A stretch of DNA of 14,536 nucleotides from positions 1-14,536 of the forward strand of contig JBFLZG010000145.1 in assembly GCA_040756235.1 (NCBI GenBank), in the 5' to 3' direction. Source of the stretch: a bacterium (GTDB lineage: Bacteria; Desulfobacterota; DSWW01). The position numbers and the translations under genes are program-made. How positions within the stretch are numbered: position 1 is the first letter of the stretch; each line of letters opens with the position of its first letter. Shown here piece after piece: positions 6,762 to 14,536 of the stretch. The notes beneath the pieces are model-generated. The model did not search any database. It was not told the DNA's origin and was given only the letters and a program-made list of their open reading frames with translations.

Positions 6762-9215
6762 TCAGTTCGGGTTTTGATGCAGGAGGGTATCGACACTCTG
6801 GAAGAGCCTTTCCAGGCCCTGGGCTTTCTCCACGTAACCGTCGATCCCGAGAGTCATCATGCGGACCTGGTCGCCGAGCAGACTGTGGGCGGTCAGAATG
6901 ATGACCGGGAGGTCCTGGGTCCCCGGGTTGTTGCGGATCCACTGGAGCACCTCGGGGCCGTTCTTCCTGGGCATGATCACATCGAGGATGACGAGATCGG
7001 GTCTTCTCTGCAGAAGCTGCTCGATGGCTGCCTCTCCGTCCGCCGCAGTCCAGGCGCTGTAGCCCAGGTCCTCCAACTGGAGCCGCAGGCCTTCACGGAC
7101 TCCCCCGTCGTCGTCCACGACGAGGACCGAGCGCCGCTTGTTCCCGCCGAGGAGCTGACGGACCTTGTCCATGAGCTCCTTCTCGAGAAAAGGCTTCTTC
7201 AGGCAATCGTTGGCCCCCATCAGGATCCCGGTTTGATTGTCCTCGACCACCGAGATGATGAGGATCGGGATGTCGCGGGTCAGGGGATCCTCCCGGAGCA
7301 TGCCGAGCAGATCGTAGCCGCTCATGGCCGGCATCATGAGGTCCAGCGTGATGAGATCCACCCGGTGGGTGCGCGCTTTCTTCAGCGCTTCGTGGCCGTC
7401 CGCGGCCTCGACGATGGTGTACCCGCGGGTCTCGAAATGGTGGCGCAGGAGTCTCCGCATGTTCGGATTGTCGTCCACCACCAGCACCGTCTTGCGCCTC
7501 CAACCGCCGTCCTCCTCCGAGGTCGTTTCCACGGGCTCGGCGGGCTTGTTCGCCTCCGCCTCACCCCTCAGCGAGGTGCCGGGCAGGGTGAAGTAGAAGC
7601 TGGCGCCTTCTCCCTTCTGGCTCTCCACCCAGATATTGCCGCCGTAATGGGACACGATCTCCTTGCAGATCGGCAGCCCCAGGCCCGTTCCCTTGGGCCT
7701 GTCCGTCAGGGTATCCCCGGCCACCTGGCTGAATTTGTCGAAGATGAACTCGTGATCGGCCTTGTCGATTCCCACGCCTTCGTCACGGACCCGAATCTTT
7801 ACCCATGGCGAGGTCTCGCCGAACCTCCTGCCTTCGAAGACCTCGGCGTACAACTCGATCCGCCCGCCGGGCGAGGAGAACTTCATCGCGTTTCCCAGGA
7901 GGTTGGTGAGGACCTGGGTGATCCGATCGCGGTCCGCAAATACCAGCGGCAGGCTGTCCGGCGCGTCCACCGAGATCGTAAGGAATTTCTCTCCCAGGAG
8001 GCTCTGGTGGGATCTGACCACTTCCTCGATCATTTCCCGCATCGACAGGAGGTCGTCATGCCAGATCATCCGCCTGGCTTCGATCCGGGAGAGGTCGAGC
8101 ACGTCGTTGATGAGCCTCGTCAACCGCTCGCTCTCGCTGTTGATGATGGTGAGGAACTCGGTTTGCGTCTTCGCATCCGTGTCCTCGTACTGGAGCAGGA
8201 TCTCAGAGAAGGAGCGGATCGAGGTGAGGGGCGTGCGCAGCTCGTGGGAGACCGAGGAAAGGAACGAATCCTTCATCTTGTCCAGGTTCTTGAGATCCTG
8301 GTAGGCGCTCTCCAGGTTTTCTTTTGCGACCTGGAGCTCCCGGGTCCGCTCTTCGACCTTGCGCTCGAGCTCGCGGTTGTGCTCCCGGATTTCTTCCTGG
8401 GCCGTCTGCAGGCTGGAAGCCATCTGGTTGAAGGAGGCCGCCAGCTCTCCCACCTCATCCCGGCTTCGGATGTGGACGCGTGAGTCGAAACCGCCCTCTC
8501 CGAGCCTGCGGGTGGCCTGCACGAGGCTTCCGATGGGCCGGACGATTCTTCGCACGAAGATCAGCGCGCACCCCGCGTAGAGCGCGGAAAGCACGCCGCA
8601 CAGCAGGAGCAGGTTCCTCCGGAATCCCTCCCACTGCCGGGTCATCCAGGTCGTATCGAAGCCCACCTGGATCCACCCTACCCGCTCCGGCCCGGCGACC
8701 ATGGGGCTGGCTTCGTTTTCAAAGGAAGGCTCGCTCTCCAGATGGATGGGTATGAAGCCCTCGACGTAGCGCGTCTCCCGGTCGTTCAGAAAGGTTCGGA
8801 ACTGTCTTTCGGAGCCGACAGGCTGGCGGGAGGTCGCCGTTCTTCCTTCTTCTTCCCAGCCCGGATCGGAAAGGAGCAGAAGGATCTCTCCGGCTTCGTT
8901 TCGTGCCGCCAGGTACACGATGTCCGGTTCCTTCAACTGCAACCCCAGGATGCGCGCCAGCTCCACGCGGTCCTCCACGAAAACGGCATAGGACGCGATC
9001 CGCCCGATCGAGACCGTCTGTTGATCGATCCCTCGGCGGGTCGAGGTCTCGATCAGGCCTTTCCCCTTCAGGTACGCCGTGCCCCCGACCAGGCCCAGCA
9101 CGAGGACGAGATTGAAGCCGAGAAAAGCGAACAGCTTCCTTCCAAGGGAAAGCACCCCTTTCTTCCTGAACTCGACCTGCCTGCCCGGCGTCCGAGGCGT
9201 ATGGTTCACGGGCAT
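6762..9215 (-). CDS. Membrane hybrid sensor histidine kinase (TM-periplasmic sensor-TM-HAMP-HisKA-HATPase-REC-REC)
   Basis: Two hydrophobic segments, a HAMP domain (RPIGSL...DEVGELAASFNQM), H-box SVSHELRTPLT, N/G boxes (NLLGNAMKFS, DEGVGI, GTGLGLPIC) and two receiver domains (VLVVDD...LDLMMP; VLVVDD...LDVIMP). The start is uncertain: ATG 9215, or TTG 9236 overlapping the upstream stop. Confidence 0.92.
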   Translation of the reverse strand: MPVNHTPRTPGRQVEFRKKGVLSLGRKLFAFLGFNLVLVLGLVGGTAYLKGKGLIETSTRRGIDQQTVSIGRIASYAVFVEDRVELARILGLQLKEPDIVYLAARNEAGEILLLLSDPGWEEEGRTATSRQPVGSERQFRTFLNDRETRYVEGFIPIHLESEPSFENEASPMVAGPERVGWIQVGFDTTWMTRQWEGFRRNLLLLCGVLSALYAGCALIFVRRIVRPIGSLVQATRRLGEGGFDSRVHIRSRDEVGELAASFNQMASSLQTAQEEIREHNRELERKVEERTRELQVAKENLESAYQDLKNLDKMKDSFLSSVSHELRTPLTSIRSFSEILLQYEDTDAKTQTEFLTIINSESERLTRLINDVLDLSRIEARRMIWHDDLLSMREMIEEVVRSHQSLLGEKFLTISVDAPDSLPLVFADRDRITQVLTNLLGNAMKFSSPGGRIELYAEVFEGRRFGETSPWVKIRVRDEGVGIDKADHEFIFDKFSQVAGDTLTDRPKGTGLGLPICKEIVSHYGGNIWVESQKGEGASFYFTLPGTSLRGEAEANKPAEPVETTSEEDGGWRRKTVLVVDDNPNMRRLLRHHFETRGYTIVEAADGHEALKKARTHRVDLITLDLMMPAMSGYDLLGMLREDPLTRDIPILIISVVEDNQTGILMGANDCLKKPFLEKELMDKVRQLLGGNKRRSVLVVDDDGGVREGLRLQLEDLGYSAWTAADGEAAIEQLLQRRPDLVILDVIMPRKNGPEVLQWIRNNPGTQDLPVIILTAHSLLGDQVRMMTLGIDGYVEKAQGLERLFQSVDTLLHQNPN

Positions 9216-9232
9216 GGGGATTCCGCGGATTC

Positions 9233-10195
9233 TCAATAGTCCTCCAGCACGATGCCACGCGGCAGCGGGGAATCCGGCATCTCCGGCTTTGGAGAGAGTC
9301 CCAGCCTTGCGGCCACCTTCCTGTTCCATCCCAATCGGACCTTTTCAGGAAATTCTATAGGAATGGCAGCCGGGCGGCTGCCCTCCAGGAGCCGATTCAC
9401 GATCGCCCCGCACTGCGCCCCGATATCCTTGGGGTCTGCATAGAAACCCATCAGGGCGCCTCCTTTCACGTAGTTCGCGGAAAAGGCTACCAGCGGGATT
9501 CGGTGCTGGAGGGAGAACAGGAGCACGTACTTTGCGGATGCCCCGTTGTACGCTACAGGGTCAGGAAGGGCGAACAAGACGTCCACCGCGTCGCGGAGGA
9601 GGAAAGTCAGGCCGGCGGAGAGGTCCTTGGACGAGGAGACCTCGGACGAGATGCACTGGAGCCCGCTCCGGTCCAGGAGAGACCCGAGTCGCTCCACCTC
9701 CGGGCCGTTGATCTCGCTGTATATGACCCCGATGCGCCGCATCCCCGGCAGGAAGCTGCGCAGCAGATCCACCTGTCTTTGGAGCGGAATCTGCAGGACG
9801 ACCCCGGTCATGTTTGCGTGCGGGTCGCCGCCCCCGGCGGCAAAGGACAGAGCGCCCCGGCTCGGGACCATGGCGAAACAGACGTCCAAGGCCCCGCCGT
9901 GCTCAACCGCCCATTGAGTGGCCTGGGTCCCCAGCGTGACCAGGACGCGGGGGTTCCGTTCCTCGAGGGTCCTGACGAGCCCGGCAGTTTCGGTTCCTTC
10001 CGAGAGCACCAAAGAGGAAATAGACTGGCTCGCCCGCCGGTCTCCCATGGTTTCCAGGAGCCCTTCCATGCAGGACCGGTAGTAATCCTTTTCCTGGCTG
10101 AGGAGAACGAGGACGCTTCCGTGCGCAGGCGCAGACCGGGCCCAGCAGGCGCAGGCGACGAAGACGAGGAGGGCCGAAACCAGCAGGCGTCTCAA
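9233..10195 (-). CDS. Periplasmic ABC-type substrate-binding protein (ABC_sub_bind-like)
   Basis: Signal-peptide-like N-terminus (MRRLLVSALLVFVACACWARSAPA). Motifs NMTGV, LPGMRRIGVIYS, VKGGALMGF, DIGAQCGAIVNRLLEG and NRKVAARLGL are typical of this family. TTG start with an upstream GGGAG. Confidence 0.8.
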   Translation of the reverse strand: MRRLLVSALLVFVACACWARSAPAHGSVLVLLSQEKDYYRSCMEGLLETMGDRRASQSISSLVLSEGTETAGLVRTLEERNPRVLVTLGTQATQWAVEHGGALDVCFAMVPSRGALSFAAGGGDPHANMTGVVLQIPLQRQVDLLRSFLPGMRRIGVIYSEINGPEVERLGSLLDRSGLQCISSEVSSSKDLSAGLTFLLRDAVDVLFALPDPVAYNGASAKYVLLFSLQHRIPLVAFSANYVKGGALMGFYADPKDIGAQCGAIVNRLLEGSRPAAIPIEFPEKVRLGWNRKVAARLGLSPKPEMPDSPLPRGIVLEDY

Positions 10196-10213
10196 TTCCG
10201 CTCCCTCGCGAAA

Positions 10214-12220
10214 TCAAAAGGAATAGCTCACGCTCAGCCACAGAGCCCTGCCGTCCTGAAGCACCTGGGTGACGCCGTTCTCCTCGCTGACCGGATCCTC
10301 GTAACGGACGTCGTACAAGTTGTAGACCGAGAAAGAGGCGGAGAGTCCCTTCCAGATCCGCCGCCCCAGCAGCGTCAGGTCGGCCCGCACATAGTCCGAA
10401 ACCCTTTCGGAAGGATCGCTGGTGTAACGGCTGTCCACGAAGTGGACCAGAGGCGACACGAACAGCTTCTGCTCCCAGAGCGGTATGGAGAGTCCGGCAT
10501 TCGCGAGGAACTTGGGAGAGTTGGCGAGCCGGTCTGCGCCCGAGCGGGTCCTGGCCTCCTGGTAGCTGAAGTCCGCGAACCCCCGCAGCCCCCAGGCCAG
10601 CTGCGCTTCGAGGGCGAGCTGAAGACCGTCGACCTCCAGGTCGAGTACGTTCTGATACTGGAAGCGATCCAGCCCGCTGTCGAAGACTTGAAGGATGAGA
10701 TCGTCGAGCCAGTTATGGAAGTAGGAGATCGATCCTGTCACGCCCGCGGCGATCCTCTGCTCCAGCACGAAGGTTGCCGAGCGGATCAGCTCCGTCTCGA
10801 GCCCGGGGTTGGCAGCAAAGTCGGTGGTGTCGTCGAAAAAGCGTTCGTAGATGGTCGGAGAACGGAAAGCCTCCGCATAGAGGAGCTTAAGGGTCGTCCC
10901 CTGCCAGGGGAAGAAGATCAGGCCTCCGCGCGGGGAGAGTTGCGCGTCGTCCAGCGTGTTCTTGTCATAGCGGAAGCCGCCGATCGCCTTGACACTTCTC
11001 GAAAGGCTCCAGACGTCCTCGAGGTAGAAGGCGTAGACCTGGAAATCGTAATCCTGGTGGCTCGAGCCTTCCCGGACGGCATACGACGCGTCCTCGAGCC
11101 GGTGATCTCCGTACTCAAAGCCCGCGGTCAGGTCGTTCCCGGCAAAGAGCTGCAGCCGACTCTTGAGCTCGCCACCCCACCAGATGTCCTCGCCCAGGTC
11201 TCTCCAGGGGCCCTCTTCCCCGTATTCCAGGTTGTCCTTGAACCGGTAGTAGTCAGAAAAGAGGCGCACCTGCACCGAGACCGATTCCCACGGGCTCACC
11301 GCCTGGGCCAGTTCCAGGAAAGCCCGTGTGTCGACCGTGTAGTTGCCATCGTCGCCGAAATCGGTCTCGTATGGCGCGGTCGGCAAGCCCTTCTTCCGGT
11401 CCGAGTATTGGCCGAATACGGAAAACCCCTTGAATCGAGCGCTGAGAAAATATTGTTGAGCGGTTTCGTAATCGACGTCCTCGACCTCGACTCCGTTGCG
11501 GGACGGGTCGTCCGGAAACGAGAAAGCGTGGTCGTCGCCTTCCGCATCGTACACCGAGGCGACCCCCAGCACCTGCAGCCCGTTACCGAAAGAGTAGCCG
11601 CTCACGACCGTTCCCGCCTTGGATTCGGAGCTGCCGACTTCTCCGTACACCTCGGTCCCGTTCAGCAGGCTCTCACTCCGGGTGACGATGTTCACCACGG
11701 CGAGGAAGGCATTGGTACCGTACATCGTGGAGCCCGGTCCGCGGATCACCTCGATGCGCCGGATCAGCTGAATGGGGATCCCCAGGCTGCGGTCGATGGC
11801 GGATGAGCCGCTCCACTGCTCGTTCGTGGAGTGCCCGTCGACGAGTACCAGGATGCGGGTGTTGTAATCCCCCGGGATCCAGATGCCGCCCACCCCGAGC
11901 TTCTGGTAGTTGCGGTCATAGGAGACGTGGAGCCCGGGGACCGAGCGAAGCGCGTCCCCGACCGTCCGGTAGCCGAACCGCTCGATCTCGTCTTCAGTGA
12001 TCACGGTGACCGAAGCCGGCGCGTCGCTCGGGCTCTGCTCGCGTTTCGAGGCCGCGTAGACGAGGGGAATCTCTTCGAAGTAGAGGTCCTCCGTGATGGA
12101 GGGGGCAGGCCCTTCCGCTGCTTCAGGCTCTGCCGCACGGCAGGGGGCCATCGGCAGCGCAGCGGGGAACCCTGCGATTCCCAATACGAGCGCCACGCAA
12201 GCCAGCCGCAGATGAGCCAT
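10214..12220 (-). CDS. TonB-dependent outer membrane receptor
   Basis: Signal peptide, plug motifs (ASKREQ...APASVTVIT..EIER.GYRTVGDALRSVPGL; RIEVIRGPGSTMYGTNAFLAVVNIVT), barrel motifs (AFRSPT, NPGLETE, VYNLYD) and a C-terminal aromatic residue (SVSYSF). Start taken as ATG 12220; the longer ORF start at 12391 lies in repeats. Confidence 0.92.
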   Translation of the reverse strand: MAHLRLACVALVLGIAGFPAALPMAPCRAAEPEAAEGPAPSITEDLYFEEIPLVYAASKREQSPSDAPASVTVITEDEIERFGYRTVGDALRSVPGLHVSYDRNYQKLGVGGIWIPGDYNTRILVLVDGHSTNEQWSGSSAIDRSLGIPIQLIRRIEVIRGPGSTMYGTNAFLAVVNIVTRSESLLNGTEVYGEVGSSESKAGTVVSGYSFGNGLQVLGVASVYDAEGDDHAFSFPDDPSRNGVEVEDVDYETAQQYFLSARFKGFSVFGQYSDRKKGLPTAPYETDFGDDGNYTVDTRAFLELAQAVSPWESVSVQVRLFSDYYRFKDNLEYGEEGPWRDLGEDIWWGGELKSRLQLFAGNDLTAGFEYGDHRLEDASYAVREGSSHQDYDFQVYAFYLEDVWSLSRSVKAIGGFRYDKNTLDDAQLSPRGGLIFFPWQGTTLKLLYAEAFRSPTIYERFFDDTTDFAANPGLETELIRSATFVLEQRIAAGVTGSISYFHNWLDDLILQVFDSGLDRFQYQNVLDLEVDGLQLALEAQLAWGLRGFADFSYQEARTRSGADRLANSPKFLANAGLSIPLWEQKLFVSPLVHFVDSRYTSDPSERVSDYVRADLTLLGRRIWKGLSASFSVYNLYDVRYEDPVSEENGVTQVLQDGRALWLSVSYSF

Positions 12221-12365
12221 GTGATCGAGCGCCGCCGGTGGAAGACAGAATAGAACGGTTTCTTTGGGGAAGAATTCGGCAAAGGGCAGGAAAACTTGAG
12301 CTACGAACTGTAATCCCTGAATCCTGCCGCCAATTCTCGAGGACTGCCGGGCCGGCCACGCCGGC

Positions 12366-12622
12366 GGGCGACGCATGCGTCGCCCCTTCAATGATGAAGG
12401 CGACAGGGGCCCCTCTCTTGTCCGTCATTCCGGCGCAGGCCGGAATCCAGTCCCTGCCCCGCCGCGTCCTCGATGCACGCTCCTGGATCCCGGCTCGCCC
12501 GCTCCGCACAGGGGCCGGGATGACGAAGAGTGAGAAGGCGGATTGCCGCGCTCTTGTGGGGGCAAGGCTTGCCCTGCCCGTTCTCGCGGGCGCAGCTCGT
12601 AGGGGCGACCGGCGGTCGCTCT
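12366..12622. repeat. Mixed cluster of GTAG-type and CGTC-type palindromes upstream of the TonB receptor
   Basis: GGGCGACGCATGCGTCGCCC (12366-12385), CGTCATTCCGGCGCAGGCCGGAATCCAG (12423-12450), CTGGATCCCGGC...GCCGGGATGACG (12483-12525), and diverged GT(A/G)G palindromes at 12556 and 12599. Confidence 0.88.
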
Positions 12623-12679
12623 CACAACTCACGCTCGAAATCCCTCCTGCGTTCCTCTACGCTAGTCTGTCGAGAAATG

Positions 12680-12786
12680 CCTGTCCCTCTCCCCCGTGGA
12701 CACAGGGGAGAGGGACAGGGTGAGGGGGAAACAGGACCAGATTCACCCCTCATCCCGACCTTCTCCCCTCGGCGAGGGGAGAAGGT
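12680..12786. repeat. Paired CCCTCTCCC/GGGAGAGGG-type hairpin repeat just downstream of the acyl-CoA synthetase stop
   Basis: Perfect 15-bp stem CCTGTCCCTCTCCCC/GGGGAGAGGGACAGG (12680-12719) and 13-bp stem ACCTTCTCCCCTC/GAGGGGAGAAGGT (12758-12786), linked by the complementary GGGTGAGGGG/CCCCTCATCCC. Confidence 0.8.
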
Positions 12787-12812
12787 GAGGAGCCCGCTCC
12801 TGCGGGCACCTT

Positions 12813-14297
12813 TCAACCGACCTCTCGAGACTCGATGCGCCTGCGGTACTTGCCATATTCCATGAGGCGGGCCATCACGCGGGCCGCCCGTTCCGGGGTG
12901 GGATAGACGTCCAACCCTTCCCTCTCCAGCAGGTCTTCGTAAACCGGCGGCTTGTGCCCCACGAGGACGACCGGTTTCCCGAGGGTCTTTATCCAGTAGA
13001 GGATCCCCTCGAGGACTTCCTGCCCGGCACGCTCGGCGCCGAGCTCGCGCGCCCGCAGTTTCTCGTCGTCCAACTGCACGCGTGCCTTCAGGTCCGGCCT
13101 GCTGAAGAAGGACGTGACCCTTCCGGGCAGAGCGCTCAGTGCGATCACGCCGTCGACGTTCGGGTCCTTCATGAGCAACTCAAAACACTCGAGGTACATC
13201 CGGATGTCGGTCATGGCGACGAGATCGACCGGGTTCCCCCGGCTCCAGTACGCCGGCAGGAAGCGGTCCAGGGCCTCGATCGTGCGGGGGTGAAGGGGTG
13301 GAACGGCGAGGCCAAGCTCTTCGCAGGCGTCGGTGGTGACCACGCCCCAGCCGCCGCCCCGGCTGATGATGCCCACCCGGTGACCTCCGGGCAGGGGCAG
13401 CCGGGAGAGAGAGCGGCCGCAGTCGATGAAAGCCTCCGTGGTCCTGGCCTGGACCAGACCGCACTGCCGGAACGAAGCGTCGTAGAGGGGGACGATTCCG
13501 GCCAGCGCCGCGCTGTGCGAGGCGGCTGCACGCTGGCCTGCAGGGGTCTTTCCGCCTTTGAAGACCACGACCGGCTTCCTGCGGCTGACGGACCGGGCCG
13601 TCTCAAGCCACCCGTCGCTCTGCTTCAGACTCTCCAGATAAAGCATGACGGACCTGCACTCGGGGTCCTCTCCGAAGTACTTCAGATAATCCTTGCAGCT
13701 CAGGTCCGCCTCGTTTCCGCTCGAGACGAAGTAGCGGAACCCCGCCTTGAGCGCCCTGCCCCACTCGAGTATCTGAGCGCCGATGTTCCCGCTCTGGGAC
13801 GCGAAAGCGATGTCACCCTTGCGCGGCTGGACCAGCGCCATCATGCAGACCAGTGAAACCGGGGCGCTGAACACCCCCATGGAATTCGGGCCGACCAGCC
13901 GGATCCCCTTCCGCTTCGCGATCTCCCGCAGGGTCTTCTCTCTCGCGCACCCTTCCGCTCCGGTCTCGGCAAAGTCGGAGCTGATCACCAGGACCGTCCG
14001 GACCCCTTTGCGGGCGCACTCCGTCAGCAGTTGCGGCACGGTCACCGCAGGGGTAACGATGCAGGCCAGGTCCACTTCGTCCGAAATGGCCTCCACTGCG
14101 GGATAGGCCGGGATCGCCATGATCTCGCGATCTCTGGGGTTCACCGGGAAGATCCTCCCCTTGTATCCGTTCGCCAGGACATTCCCCAGGATCATGCCTC
14201 CCCACTTGCCGAGATTGTTGGTAGCTCCGATGAGGGCCAGGTTCCTGGGCATGAACAGCAAGTCCAGATTCTCGCGCACGCTCCGCTCGTGGGCCAT
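12813..14297 (-). CDS. Acyl-CoA synthetase (ADP/NDP-forming), alpha subunit (CoA-binding plus ligase domains)
   Basis: Motifs LALIGAT, IFPVNP, LVGPNSMG, ASQSG, SGNEAD, the phospho-His motif AASHSAALAG, and NPVD. A strong GAGGAG RBS precedes ATG 14297. No ATP-grasp domain is present in this ~494-aa ORF. Confidence 0.88.
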   Translation of the reverse strand: MAHERSVRENLDLLFMPRNLALIGATNNLGKWGGMILGNVLANGYKGRIFPVNPRDREIMAIPAYPAVEAISDEVDLACIVTPAVTVPQLLTECARKGVRTVLVISSDFAETGAEGCAREKTLREIAKRKGIRLVGPNSMGVFSAPVSLVCMMALVQPRKGDIAFASQSGNIGAQILEWGRALKAGFRYFVSSGNEADLSCKDYLKYFGEDPECRSVMLYLESLKQSDGWLETARSVSRRKPVVVFKGGKTPAGQRAAASHSAALAGIVPLYDASFRQCGLVQARTTEAFIDCGRSLSRLPLPGGHRVGIISRGGGWGVVTTDACEELGLAVPPLHPRTIEALDRFLPAYWSRGNPVDLVAMTDIRMYLECFELLMKDPNVDGVIALSALPGRVTSFFSRPDLKARVQLDDEKLRARELGAERAGQEVLEGILYWIKTLGKPVVLVGHKPPVYEDLLEREGLDVYPTPERAARVMARLMEYGKYRRRIESREVG

Positions 14298-14451
14298 ACC
14301 GCTCCTCCCCCCGGTCCAGGTGTCAGGTATCACGTTTCAGGTCGGGTCAGACCAAGCGACTCCCTGAGGGCAGCACCTCGTGTCTGCTATTAACCGAAAC
14401 GATCTTTTCTTCAGCTGATACCTAGAGCCTGTCCCAACAGGCTCGATTTCA

Positions 14452-14536
14452 GAGGCTGTTCAAAAATGCCCAGATGCAAGGCGCACGAAGTCCTGAGGAA
14501 CGAGGCGTACATGGAAGTACGCCGCAGTGACGAAGG
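14452..14536 (+). mobile_element. MITE-like palindromic element, copy 3, intergenic and cut by the window end
   Basis: GAGGCTGTTCAAAAATGCCCAGATGCAAGGCGCACGAAGTCCTGAGGAACGAGGCGTACATGGAAGTACGCCGCAGTGAC is near-identical to 2984-3063. Confidence 0.85.

Noticed and set aside
4955..12865. Short ORFs over intergenic gaps (5030-5374, 6532-6777, 12123-12632, 12238-12723, 12530-12865)
   Set aside because: They are translations of the repeats (VIPAQAGIQ, VGATH, WIPACAGMT) rather than genes.
556..14393. Long overlapping or antisense ORFs (for example 556-1545, 1587-3035, 1627-2919, 6774-8483, 9503-11806, 12954-13856)
   Set aside because: These are shadow frames of GC-rich real genes and show no recognisable motifs.

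Overview
This is a GC-rich bacterial window; the gene content is compatible with a deltaproteobacterium-like host, but that is inference only. The + strand carries a mutagenesis-cassette pair: a catalytically degenerate Y-family polymerase (ImuB-like, 307-1590) and an error-prone DNA polymerase III alpha subunit (DnaE2-like, 1678-5097). The - strand carries an RluA/RluD-family pseudouridine synthase, a three-gene TonB-dependent receptor / periplasmic ABC-type binding protein / hybrid histidine kinase operon with no permease, and an ADP-forming acyl-CoA synthetase alpha subunit. The most striking feature is non-coding: the larger intergenic gaps are filled with modular palindromic repeats of at least four kinds (GTAG-type, CGTC-type, a ~160-bp MITE-like element with terminal inverted repeats, and CCCTCTCCC-type hairpins). 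One composite repeat brackets imuB and dnaE2 in direct orientation, and another brackets the sensory operon in inverted orientation. One MITE-like copy sits in frame inside the DnaE2 polymerase core and adds 53 aa. Repeats also supply the C-terminal tails and stop codons of both imuB and dnaE2.
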